NCBI GenBank assembly: GCA_038087875.1
Contig: CM075989.1
Span: 22,756,001-22,820,000 of the forward strand
Direction: 5' to 3'
Origin: Malacoraja senta
Taxonomy: Eukaryota
DNA: 64,000 bases
How positions within the stretch are numbered: the first letter of the stretch is position 1; each line of letters opens with the position of its first letter. Below are positions 36,820 through 49,500 of this stretch, in pieces. Below the pieces are notes generated by a model. It was not told the DNA's origin, ran no database searches, and saw nothing but the letters and a program-made list of their open reading frames with translations. Both the position numbers and the translations under genes were made by a program.

Positions 36820-37394
36820 ATGGGATGAGATGGGATGAGATGGGATGAGATGGGATGAGATGGGATGAGATGGGATGAGATGGGATGAGATGGGATGAGA
36901 TGGGATGAGATGGGATGAGATGGGATGAGATGGGATGAGATGGGATGAGATGGGATGAGATGGGATGAGATGGGATGAGATGGGATGAGATGGGATGAGA
37001 TGGGATGAGATGGGATGAGATGGGATGAGATGGGATGAGATGGGATGAGATGGGATGAGATGGGATGAGATGGGATGGGATGGGATGAGATGGGATGAGA
37101 TGGGATGAGATGGGATGAGATGGGATGAGATGGGATGGGATGGGATGAGATGGGATGAGATGGGATGAGATGGGATGAGATGGGATGAGATGGGATGAGA
37201 TGGGATGAGATGGGATGAGATGGGATGAGATGGGATGAGATGGGATGAGATGGGATGAGATGGGATGAGATGGGATGGGATGGGATGGGATGGGATGGGA
37301 TGAGATGGGATGAGATGGGATGGGATGAGATGGGATGAGATGGGATGAGATGGGATGAGATGGGATGAGATGGGATGAGATGGGATGAGATGAG
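36820..37394. repeat. (ATGGGATGAG)n decamer tandem array, ~575 bp
   Basis: Near-perfect alternation of ATGGG and ATGAG pentamers. Confidence 0.97.
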
Positions 37395-38139
37395 ATTGGA
37401 TTAGAACAGTATAGCACAGGAATAGGTCCTTCAACCCACAACATCTGAATGGGCTGTTTTACCGTGTATCTTCCAATTAATCAATCAATCAATAAACAAA
37501 TACCAATACCTTAATTAGCACGGTTAGCACGGACTGGTTAGCATGAAACAAAAGCTCTTCACTTTACCTCGGTACACGTGGCAATAAACTAAACTAAACT
37601 AACTGCAATAAGAACATTGATTGAATTGAAAGACACAAATTGAAAACAAGCCATTCAGCCCATCGAGACCATGATGTCCATCAAACACCCGTTCATACTA
37701 GTTCTATTTTATCCCACTTTTGCACGTACATACTCCACACCAGCAACAATTTACAGAAGCCACATAAACCTACAAACGCGCACGTCTTTGGGATGTGGGA
37801 GGAAACAGGAGCACCTGGAGGAAACCCGCATGGTAACAGGGAGAACGCGCAAACTCCACACAGACAGCAACCAAGGTCAGAATGGAACCCGGGTCTCTGG
37901 CACCGTGAGGCAGCAGCTGTGCCACTGTGCCACCCATAAGTACATAGTAAGTAGGAGAATGAATAAACCATTCAGCCCCTCAAGCTAGCCCCACCGTTCG
38001 ATATGTGCATTGGTGGTCTACCCCAGACCTCCTCTCCTCTTCTGCACTAGTTCCCTAAGACCAGCAGTTCCTTGATCCTTCCAAAATCTATTCACTTCCT
38101 CTTTAAATTCCCCCAATGATCTAGAATCTGTTGAGAAGA

Positions 38140-38676
38140 GGCCGCACAATGGCGCAGCGGTAAAGTTGCTGCCTTACAGCGCCAGAGACACTAGTTTGAT
38201 CCCAACTACGGGTGCTGTCTGTACGGAGTTTGTACGTTCTCCCCGTGACCTGCGTGGGTTCTCTCCAAGATCTTCGATTTCCTCCCACACTCCAAAGACA
38301 TACAGGTTTGCAGGTTGTTTAAGAAGGAACTGCAGATGCTGGAAAATCGAAGGTACACAAAAATGCTGGAGAAACTCAGCGGGTGCAGCAGCATCTATGG
38401 AGCGAAGGAAATAGGCAACGTTTCGGGCCGAAATGCCTGAAGAAGGGTTTCGGCCCGAAACATTGCCTATTTCCTTCGCTCCATAGATGCTGCTGCACCC
38501 GCTGAGTTTCTCCAGCATTTTTGTGTACCTTCAGGTTTGCAGGTTAATTGGCTTGGTGTAAATGTAAATTGTCCCAGGTGTGTGTAGGATAGTGTTGGTG
38601 TGCGGGGATCGCTGGTCGGCGCAGACTCAGTGGGACGAAGGGGCTGTTTCCGCGCTGTATCTTTAAACTAAACTAA
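38140..38676 (+). mobile_element. HE1-like SINE with a palindromic Penelope-like insertion (38317-38531)
   Basis: Insert flanked by 14-bp duplication CAGGTTTGCAGGTT (38303-38316, 38532-38545). Confidence 0.9.
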
Positions 38677-38696
38677 AGAGTTTGATTAGATAAATA

Positions 38697-39130
38697 GATA
38701 CATAGAAAATAGGTGCAGGAGTAGTCCATTCGGCCCTTCGAGCCTGCACCGCCATTCAATATGATCATGGCTGATCATCCAACTCAGTATCCCGTAACTG
38801 CCTTCTCTCCATACGCCCTGATCCCTTTAGCCACAAGGGCCACATCTAACTCCCTCTTAAATATAGCCAATGAACTGGCCTCAACTACCCTCTGTGGCAG
38901 AGAGTTCCAGAGATTCACCACTCTCTGTGTGAAAAAGTTTTTCCTCATCTTAAAGGATTTCCCCCTTATCCTTAAGCTGTGACCCCTTGTCCTGGACTTC
39001 CCCAACATCGGGAACAATCTTCCTGCATCTAGCCTGTCCAACCCCATAAGAATTTTGTACGTTTCTATAAGATCCCCTCTCAATCTCCTAAATTCTAGCG
39101 AGTATAAGCCAAGTCTATCCAGTCTTTCCA
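38697..39130 (-). mobile_element. Young CR1 LINE 3' fragment
   Basis: Nearly identical to 60010-60450; ERLDRLGLYSLEFRRLRGDLIETYKILMG... Confidence 0.92.
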
Positions 39131-39781
39131 CGATAGAAACTTCATATGTTGCCTCGGCAATTGTATTGACTGCGAAAAAAAAGCGGTCTTTTTTAATTGC
39201 TCTTGATTTAGCAAAATACTGGACTGCAGGTATATTCCTCCAGGATTTAATGTACCGGAAATCTGAAAGCTAATGTATTAGATACTGAAAGATTCATGCA
39301 TTACCATAATTTTTTTAAAACTTAATATTAATATTTATGATATTTTTCATGTGATTTGTTCACAGCAGTCAACAAATGAAAAGATTAATCAGAATATCAT
39401 CAGTGGACATTGTGGACTTGAAGAGCAAATAGACTCCGATGAGAAAAGCACATAGCTGTGACCACAGGTATAAACTTATTCATTATCCACTTGACACCTG
39501 CCAAACAAGACCGTTCTCTTGTCAATCAAGGAAATCTTACGAGATATTCAGTTTCAGTTTAGTTTATTGTCACGTGTACCTAGTGCAAGGTAAAGTCAGC
39601 AAAGTCCGATCAAAGATAGTCCGATGGTCACCAAAAGTCCAATCAAAGACCGCTCTCTGGTTGTGGTAGGATGGTTCAGTTGCCTAATAACAGCTGGGAA
39701 GAAACTGTCTCTGAATCTGGAGGTGTGCATTTTCATACTTTTATATCTTTCGCCGAAGGGAGAGGAGAGAATATATTTTCG

Positions 39782-40075
39782 GGGCAGGGTGGCGCAGCAG
39801 TAGAGTAGCGTCAGAGACCCGGGTTCGATTCTGACAACGGGTGCTGTCTGCAAGGAGTTTGTACATTCTCCCCGTGACCTGCGTGGGTTTTCCCCAGGTG
39901 GCCAGGTTCCCTCCCACACTCCAACGTCGTACAGCTTGGTAGGTTAATGGGTTTCGGTAAAGATTGTAAATTGTCCCTAGTGTGTAGGATAGTGTTAGTG
40001 TTCGGGATCAGCTGGTCAGTGTGGACCCGGTGGGCCGAAGGGCCTGTTCCCACGCTGTATCTCTAAACTAAACTA
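39782..40075 (+). mobile_element. HE1-like SINE
   Basis: Head with a small deletion, V-domain and (AAACT)n tail. Confidence 0.85.
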
Positions 40076-41254
40076 GACAGGGTACATTTTGTGTTTAAAT
40101 AAGATAGACACAAATTGCTGGAGTAACTCAACGGGACAGGCAGCATCTCTGGAGAGAAGGAATGGGTGACGTTTCTGAAAGTCTGAAAAAGGGTCTCGAC
40201 CCGAAACGTCACCTCCAGAGATGCTGCCTGTCCCGCTGAGTTACTCCAGCATTTTGATCTTATCTTCGGTGTAAACCAGCATCTGCAGTTCCTTCCTGCA
40301 CATTTTTTTGAAGACGAAAAGTTCGACAGCAATGTAACAAAATGGTACCGGCCCAGCTTGCAAAGCAATTGGAAGCATTCTTAGGAGATTAATAGATTAT
40401 TTGTTTTGTGTTTTTTCATTCTCTCTCTCTCTCTCTCTCTCTCACTCCCCAGTTCGAGCGCGTTGTGAATGAGCAAGAGGTGAAATCGAGGAGGAAATGT
40501 GGAGCCTCATCACTTGTGTTAGACTTGTCGTTACCTGTCCATAGCAGTCTCAAATCACATTTGTTGGATATGTCGTCTGGTCAATACCTGTCCACAGTGT
40601 TTAGCAGTCATTACCAGTGCCAAAGGCCAAGTCACATTGCAAGTCCTACTTACTTTGAGACTCCTCAGTCAAAGTGAAACTGAAGCCCAAACTAGAGTCA
40701 CCAACACTCACAACATTGCTAACTGTTGTAAGCATGGCTGAGATTGTACTTTCCTCTTGGAATTGTTTTTAATCAACGCTAAATATCAGACAGTAGTTAT
40801 GGTCTCTGAGAGAGATTTGAGTTTTACCATTTTTTAGAGTCCTTAGTTTATGCAACCTGTCTTTCTAGAGAGGGAGAGGGCCACACTAATACTGCTTCAT
40901 CACTAAATGTTATTTGGCATGAAATGTTATCTTGCTCTAAACATTATTCCCTTTAGGTTAAGAAGGGTCTCGACCCGAAATATCACTCATTCCTTCTCTC
41001 CAGAGATGCTGCCTGTCCCGCAGAGTTAGTCCAGCATTTTGTGTCTATTCCCTTTAGGTTATTCCCTTTGTTTGCAGGGACTATCACAACGTTTAATAAA
41101 CATTTAGTCAGGTACATGGACAGGACATGTTTAGAAGGATTTGGGCCATACTCAGGCAGGTGAGACTAGTGTAGATGGGACATGTTGGCCGGTATGGGTA
41201 AATTGGGCTGAAGGCCTGTTTCCACGCTGTAATACTCTATTATCCTGGGAATAC

Positions 41255-41792
41255 CTTGAGTATTGTGTGCAGTTTTGGTCTCCAAATTTGATTTGTAAAA
41301 AAGGACATTCTTGCTATTGAGGGAGTGCAGCGTAGGTTCACCAGGATAATTCCCGGGACTGTCATATGTTGATAGAATGGAGCGGCTGGGCTTGTATACT
41401 CTGGAATTTAGAAGGATGAGAGGGAATCTTATTGAAACATATAAGATTATTAATGATTTGGACAGGAAACATGTTCCCGATGTTGGGGGAGTCCAGAACC
41501 AGGGGCCACAGTTTAAGAATAAGGGTAAGCCATTTAGAACGGAGACGAGGAAAAACTTTTTCACACAGAGAGTTGTGAATCTGTGGAATTCTCTGCCTCA
41601 GAGGATGGTGGAGGCCAATTCTCTGGATGCTTTAAAGAGAGAGTTAGGTAGGGCTCTTAAAGATAGTGGAGTCAGGGGATATGGAGAGAAGGCAGGAACG
41701 GGGTACTGATTGTGGATGATCAACCATGATCACATTGAATGGCGGTGCTGGCTCGAAGGGCCGAATGGCCTACTCCTGCACCTATTGTCTAT
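41255..41792 (+). mobile_element. CR1 LINE 3' fragment
   Basis: LEYCVQFWSP...MERLGLYTLEFRRMRGNLIETYK...KAGTGY*. Confidence 0.9.
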
Positions 41793-42779
41793 CAGTACGC
41801 TGTGCACAGCTTGAATGTAACCATGTACAGTTTAGTTTAGTTTAGAGATACAGCGTTGAAACAGGCCATTCGGCCCACCTAGTCCATGCCAACCATCGAT
41901 CACCCATTCACACTAGTTCTATGTTAGCTCACTTTCTCGTCCACTCCCTACACACCAGGGGCAATTAACCTGCAAACCCGCACGTCTTTGTGATGTGGGA
42001 GGAAACCGGAGGGCCCGGAGGAAACCCACGTGGTCAGTCTTTCCGCTGACTGGAAGGCACGCTACAAAAAAGCTTTTCACTGTACCTCGGTACACCTGGC
42101 AATAAACTGAACTAAACTAAACCAAACTGGCAGAGCCAGAACTTCAGAGCTGCCTTTTAAAAATGCTTCTCCTGAAGTTATCATTTCAAGGTGTCCTTGC
42201 CTTTATCCCTCAAAGTCTAAATATTCATAAAGATAACTTTGCATACGTTCCCTTTATGTGACAATCCCAATGAGCTTTGGTGCAGAGTTCCTTTGTAGGT
42301 CCTTCATACCAGTGGGTCAGTACATTTGACAAGTTTGACAAGGTCACCATTTTTCTAATTTTTTTTTTTTCAGGAATTGCGAGTGTTATATATTCAACAT
42401 ATGTTTTTCCTTTTCCCTTCAATATCTGTCACGGCACTCTGATGAAATAGACAGCTTTTGCCTCGAAGAAAAATCAGGAGGCCCTTGTGCAGTGCAGAGC
42501 AGGGCAAACAATTAGAATTAATTCGTAATTTTATGTTTTAACTCTTCGATTTCATGCAACTTAAAAGATGTGGCTATGGATTCCAACCGGGGTGGAGGAG
42601 GGAGAGAGGGTCAGACTTGGTTTGAAAGGTCAGTCACAATTTGACTAAGTGAGGCCTCTTGCCGAACATGTCTGGAAACCTCACCCTGCATTTGACTTCT
42701 GCTCGTTGGAAGAGGTGGTGATGGATCTAATTGGGACGGGCTCTCTCTCCTTGACAAGTGTAACACGAGCTATGATGCA

Positions 42780-42812
42780 GTCTGAAGAAGGGTCTCGACC
42801 CGAAACGTCACC
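42780..42812 (+). ncRNA. Minimal type-I hammerhead-like motif (best-preserved of many copies)
   Basis: GT-CTGAAGA-A-GGGT(CTCG)ACCC-GAAAC-GTC-AC: CUGANGA core, stem II, GAAA, palindromic ACGU, GUC triplet. Confidence 0.7.
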
Positions 42813-43385
42813 CGTTCCTTCTCTCCAGAGATGCTGCCTGTCCCGCTCAGTTACTCCAGCATTTTGCGCCTATCTTCAGTTTAACCCAACATCTGCAGTT
42901 CCTTCCTACGCAAGCAATGAGGCTCCAACCTTCCCCCTGCAGTCTCATCTCCTGCTCATTCAGATTCAGTTTAATTTATCAGTTTAGTTTATTGTCACGT
43001 GTTCCGAGGTACAGGGAAAAGCTTTAAATGAGTTTGAACTCGGGAATGAGAGGGAAAAAAAACAATCTAGAGAATTAATCTCCTAAGAATGCTTCCAATT
43101 TATTTGCAAGCCAGGCCAGTACCATTTTGTCACATTGCTGTTGAATTCTTTATCTACATTGTTCCCTGTCTAGTTTAGCTTGGAGATCATCATAGTCCAC
43201 CATGAGTCAAAATATCAAAATAGAGATTGGCCATCCCAATTAGATCCATCAACACTTCTTCAAGTGAGTATGAGCAGAATTTAAACCAGGGGGAGGTTTC
43301 CAGACATGTTAGGCAGAGGACTCACTAGTATACCATAATTGTGACTAGCCTCTCAAACCAAGTCCGAACCTCTAGCTTTTCTCCA

Positions 43386-44245
43386 TCACTGCAGAGTATC
43401 CTGGACAATACAGGTCACCCCCTCCATGACACATTGGTCAACCTGAGGAGCACCTTCAGCAACAGACTGGTTCCACCAAGATGCAGGACAGAACGCCACA
43501 GGAGATCCTTCTTCCCTGTGGCTATCAAACTGTACAAGTCCTCCCCCTTCTGTCGTGGGGTAGACTGAGACTGACTCCCCTCCCTCCCCCCTACCCCCAC
43601 AATCAGGGGCCTCCTCGCGGCCTACCAACTGGATCAGAGCAGCCTTTCCTTCCGCAGACCGGGGACCAGACCAGTGCTTCGGCAGCGGCGGCGTGGCGCT
43701 GGATTCACCGCGGAGCGGGCGATGCCTACCTGGATAGCCGTTCGAAGCTCCGGAGCGTTGGGCCTGCAGCATCGACATCTCGGAGCCGTGGTACGCAGAG
43801 CTCCCAGCGCGGGCGGCGCTGACCGACATCGCGGAGTCCCTGGGGCCCTTTGCCGAGGGCCACCAGTGTTGAATGTCCGCCTGGGGGCGTCGGGAGCCGC
43901 GGACTCCAGTGGGAAGCGGCCGATTTGGAGGTCCAAGCCGATGAGGTTGTTCTCCCGTTCCGACGTCGGAGTGACAACATCCCGGCGAGCGGGCTGCCCG
44001 TAGCAGCGACTGCGGAGGGCTCTGGAGGCCCCGACCACAGGTGAACATCAGAGGAAGATGACTGACTTTGGTGCCTTCCCTCACAGTGGGAAACTGTTGA
44101 TTCTGCCGTGTGGGGATGTTTTATGTTGAACTCTGTCGTGAGTTGTGTTCTTTATTTTATTGTATGGCTGTATGGTGACCACACATTTCACTGTGCCAAC
44201 TGGCACATGTGTCACATAAATGTATCTTGTATCTATCTTGTATCT
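43386..44245 (+). mobile_element. Rex1/Babar-like LINE ORF end with long GC-rich 3' UTR
   Basis: SILDNTGHPLHDTL...SNRLVPPRCRTERHRRSFFPVAIKLY; ends ATAAA followed by (GTATCTT)n-like tail. Confidence 0.8.
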
Positions 44246-47200
44246 TTGCACATCCCCAATCCTTTTGCCACCGCTTACTTCTTTAATTTCATGTTTCTTC
44301 TATCTTGTCCTTTAAGACTGTTGGCAGATCAATTTCCCTCCAGAGATAAATAAAGTTCTTGCTTGAAGACTCGGTGCCGATGGTGGAGGGAAGCAAACGA
44401 GAAGTGTGGAGGAGTTCATAAGTGATAGGAGCAGAATTGGGCCATTCGGCCCATCAAGTCTACTCCGCCATTCGATCATGGCTGATCTCCCCATCCCTTT
44501 CTCTGTCTACCTCTGCCTGAAACGAAGGAGGTCAGAGCTAAGGGAGTAAGTAAGTAAGTAAGTTTATTGGCCAAGTATTCACATACAAGGAATTTGCCTT
44601 GGTGCTCCGCCCACAAGTGACAACATGACATACAGTGACAGTTACGAGTGTAGAGGTCTCAGACTTCTGAAGGACTGGAGGGGGATGTAGAAATAGCGAG
44701 AGGCAATAGAAGATAGGTTGGAGAGGCCTTCAGTAGAAGGAATACAATAGATCAAATCTAGAATACAATAGAATAGATCTAACAACATCTCTTCACAATT
44801 GACAGGTTTTTCCAGCTCGAGTCTCTCCAGAAGCCTCGGTGAATGCTTCCCAAGCCTCGGTGGCTTCTGTGGAGCCAGACACAATGGGACATTTTGCAAC
44901 GGGGTTGCCTAACCGGTAACCGGGAGCCGGTGATAAATTATTTATTTATAGCAGCGTGGGTTCTGACATCACAAACTTTAAATGCAGTGGAAGTCAATCT
45001 TGGATTTTAGTTTTCAAATATCACATTAGCGGCCCACAAGAAAGGCTTTACTTCTAATGACTTGCATGCATCAGTCAGACACTTCTGAGGGCAGGGTCTC
45101 GCTTCCTTTCAGTAAAGGCAGGTGTTCATTAAGCATGCCCATTGCTGGTACAGCAATCAGAGCCATGATCTATTAACGGCCCATACTAATTACCGTCTCC
45201 CAGCGATTCCTGCAGTTCCATGACACAATATCCTTTAATTTCTGATTTTAAAAAAGGTCTTGCGATACCACAGTGTTGGAGGTAATTAAGGAGCCCCTTT
45301 ACAACGCCCGTGTTTGTGATCACAGCCCTGAAAGTCCAGTCGTACAGGCGATCTGCCGTGTTTGTTTTAATTATGTTCCGCAATGTCGCCCACAAGAGTC
45401 CAATTAACGGGCGACAAAAGCCTCCCTCATTTTCGTGTTACTTTCAGCCAGGTTTCTCACACTCTCTGGCCTGCCGTCCTCCAAAGCACTGGCTGATGAG
45501 TTGGTGTTTTTTCCCTCCCTCGATTCTTTCTCTTTTTCACCCCAATTATAGTTTCTTCTCGGATGACATCAGAATGTCAGTGAGGTAGCCTCTCTAGGTT
45601 CTCTTGCCAGAGGCAAATGAATACGCGATTCAGTGGTGATGTGCAGATCATCCAAATCTGTTAACTCTGGGACTATTTTGGATTCAGTGCCTGTTGTCTG
45701 GGATGAAAGAGAGCTTAAAGGTGATTTTCAGTTGTACTGACACATGAGATGGCCTATTGAGACAAATGCATTAGGCTCTAACATGTTTAGCACAGAAATG
45801 AATGCTTCTTGCAAAAGGGTATGCATATGTGAACTAGGTGAAAGCATTGTTATGGCTAGGTGCCTCCGAATCAGGCTATTAATGCCCCCTGTATTGCCGA
45901 CAAGAGCCTTGATTCTAACTGAGCCTCTTCCACGTTATATTATTTCACGCATTAACCCTTTCTTCATGCTTAAATTCCTCACAATACGATCACATTTCTC
46001 TTGCAGAACATAGAAAATATGAAGAATTACTATATTACAATTCTAATGTTTTATTAATGCTCTGATTAGCAGGGAACTTGAACAGCGTGAATGAAAGGCA
46101 ACAGCAAAAAATAATAGAAAGCCATTAACCACCGTGTTGATATAAATTCGGGCATATTTTTCACTGAAGTGTGTCGATCACAAGTATTGTGTTATTTTGC
46201 ATTTATGTGGGTAATATTTCCTCTCCTCCTTACAGATTCCAAGTGCGGCTCCTTATTCATTGGACTGCTAATGTTATTTAACAAATAAATATCTCATGAT
46301 TGTTTTTGAATATCTATTTATTAAGCCTGCTACAAAATGAACCCTCCAGCCCCGCAGAGCTCCTGAATGTTAATTGGGTTGTGTCATGTATGATGTCACC
46401 CTGCTAAGCACAATCTTTTTTTTTTACATTCCAAATTTTACATCTTAAAACTTGACTCAAGTTTAGAAGATCTGAGGATTACTCATTCATTACGGTTTAA
46501 TTGGAAATAATTAGTTGCGTGCTCTGGATTGTGCTTGTTAATATTAGTTTATGTGTAGGAAGGAACTGCAGATGCTGGTTTAAACCAAAGATAGACACAA
46601 AAAAGCTGGAGTAACTCAGCGGGACAGGCAGCATCTCTGGAGAGAAGGAATGGGTGACGTTTATGGTCAAGACCCTTCTTTGGTTCATTAATACTTGATA
46701 TTACTTATATCCATATATTATAACACTTATTGCTTGATATTTACTTAACATTAGTTTAGTTTATTGTCGGCACCTGTACCGAGATACAGTAAAAATATTT
46801 TTTGGTGTGTGCTGTTTAGTCAGTGCAAAGACTATATACGATTACAATCGAGCTGTCCACAGTGTATAGATACAGGATGATGGCAACAATGTTTAGTGTA
46901 AGATAAAGTCCAGGAAAGTCTGATTAAAGATAGTCCAAGGGTCTCCAATGAGGTTGATGGTAAGTCAGGACTGCTCTCTAGTTGGTGAGAGGTTGGTTCA
47001 GTTGCCTGACAACAGCTGGGAAGGAACTGTCCCTGAATCTGGAGGTGTTTAAGCAAGGTAGTCCCTGCTTTCTCCCTCCTTCCCCTCCCCTTCACAGCTC
47101 TCCCACAGTCCACTGTCTCCGCCCACCCCCCTCACATCAGTTTGAAGAAGGGTCTCGACCCAAAACTTCACCTATTCCTTCGCCCCATAGATGCTGTCTC

Positions 47201-47374
47201 ACCTGCTGAGTTTCTCCAGCAATTTTAGTCTAAACTGAATCTGGAGGTGTGGGTTTTCACACTCCCGTACCACTTGCCTGATGTTACTGGGTAATGTGGA
47301 ACTGCTCCTAACACATAACAGTTTCAGGGTGAAAGATTGCATGGAAGATGCCCTCTACAGCCCTGGGGAACTTG

Positions 47375-47602
47375 ATAGACAATAGACAATAGACAATAGG
47401 TGCAGGAGTAGGCCATTCGGCCCTTTGAGCCAGCACCGCCATTCAATGTGATCATGGCTGATCATCCCCAATCAGTACCCCGTTCCTGCCTTCTCCCCAT
47501 ATCCCCTGACTGCGCTATCTTTAAGAGCCCTATCTTGCTCTCTCTTGAAAGCATCCAGAGAACCCGCCTTCACCGCCCTCTGAGGCAGAGAATTCCACAG
47601 AC
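47375..47602 (-). mobile_element. CR1 3' end with (ATAGACA)n tail
   Basis: LWNSLPQRAVKAGSLDAFKRE...KAGTGY* on minus strand. Confidence 0.85.
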
Positions 47603-48924
47603 TTATAAGCCCAGTAATTATAGCACCAGCATTCAATACAGAGGGCATTGAAGACACAGGGTTATTTGTGACAAAGACAAGCCCCTTGTACCATCCAAAA
47701 ATGCTTCTTCAGCTGAAGATAAACACAAAGTGCTGGAATGACCCAGCGGGTCAGGCAGCATCTATGGAGGCAAGGAATGGGTGACGTTTCAGGTCGAGAC
47801 TCGTCTTCAAACGCTGAAGAAGAACTCTGAAGAAGGGTCTCGACCTGTAGAAGGGAAACGTCACCCATTCCTTCTCTCCACAGATGCTGCCTGTCCCGCA
47901 GAGTTACTCCAGCATTTTGTGTCTATCTCTAATGCCAAGATAAATGAATCTCATCTGGCTGGACATGATCCATGTCCCTCCTATCCACATGCCTATCTCT
48001 ATGTGGACCACTGTCGTATCTGCCTCCACCACCACCTCTGGCAGTGCAATACAGGCATCCAGCAAACCCTGTATCAAATATCTTGCCCCGCGCATCTCAA
48101 TCACATCATGTGAAAATTGATTAAGCTTCTTTGAGACCCAGTGACTGAAAAAAGCTGTCTAGAAACAAACAATAAGGTTTAATTGAAGCGACAAGATTGA
48201 AAGTATAAAGATTCACTAAAGGGGTCTTGGTTTGAGCCGTTCCACTTCTCCAGAATGTGTTCTCTATTTTATTCTGAGCACAATATGAGGTTAAACGATC
48301 CCTGCTTGGAAAGTTAGCGGAAAGCCAAGCAAATATATTCCTCACCTTTGATCCTGTGCTCCCGCCTTCTTATACCGTCTGATTGCTAAGATGTTATTCT
48401 CAACTAAAAATGAAGAGCGGAATCCCAAATATAAAACCCAGCAGACACTTTCGACCATTAATGAATTCCGCCAAATGTTCTCCCACACGCCACTGAATTT
48501 AGACTGATGCACCTACGATTTCTGAAAGCCAACATCTCTTCCCTTCAACTGGAAAACAATTTTCTCCTGACAGGTTGGTTTATAAACATTATGAGGGCTT
48601 AACAATTTTGTGGTTAATCTCCTCAAACCTGGCTTCTTAACTCCAGTTTTGATAATTCCTCTTGCTGTGCCCAATTAGTTTGCACAGACGATGAGTTGGG
48701 CTGCGAAGGCGTGTAGTCGTTATAAATCATGACTTTGTTAAGGTTCTCTTAATTTTACTTTTTCAGTAGGAGGTCAAGAAACATATTTAAGAGCCAAGAA
48801 TATCTAAATAAAATGAAACATGTAAAATCTATCCTTTGCCATGCTTAATTTAACCATTGCCACAGCAACGTTGTCAAAGCAGAAGCAGTGGGTGTTGAGG
48901 AGAAGTGTGGATCAAATACGTCTG

Positions 48925-49500
48925 GGTGGTGAATTCTTTGCCACAGAAGGCTGTGGAGGCCAAGTCAGTGGATATTTTTAAGGCAGAGATAGATATATTC
49001 TTGATTAATGTGGGTGTCAAAGGTTATGGGGAGAAGGCAGGAGAATGGGGGTTAGGAGATAGATCAGCCATGATTGAATGGCGGAGTAGACTTGATGGAC
49101 CGAATGGCCTAATTCTGCTCCAATTACTTATGACCTTATGGCATCCAAGACTAAACACTTTCTTACTGACACCCATACCAGTCTGACTTCCCAATTTGTA
49201 TAAAATCAAAATGCATTCTGTATCTTCCCCTTTGCTCTATCTATTGCACTTGAGTTTTTACTTGACTGTATTCATAATTCATAAATTCATGTTCAAGGAG
49301 CAGAATAAGGCCATTTGGCCAATCAAGTCTATTCCGCCATTCAATCATGGCAGAACTATCTTTCCCTCTCAACCCCATTCTCCTGCTTCCTCCCCATAGC
49401 CCCTGACACCCGTACTAATCAAGAATCCGTCAATCTCCGCCTTAAAAATATCCATTGACTTGGCCTCCACAACCGTCCGTGGCAATGAATCCCACATACA
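48925..49500. mobile_element. Two CR1 3' fragments in tail-to-tail orientation
   Basis: NSLPQKAVEAKSVDIFKAEID on plus (48925-49140); DSLPRTVVEAKSMDIFKAEID on minus (49295-49500). Confidence 0.8.

Noticed and set aside
36437..37444. 335-aa SHPISSHLIP repeat ORF
   Set aside because: This is the translation of a decamer tandem repeat that lacks stop codons.
43386..44084. GC-rich ORFs or a CpG-island promoter (also 11687-12404)
   Set aside because: They lie inside retroelement 3' regions bounded by tails, and the overlapping ORFs on both strands reflect GC content.
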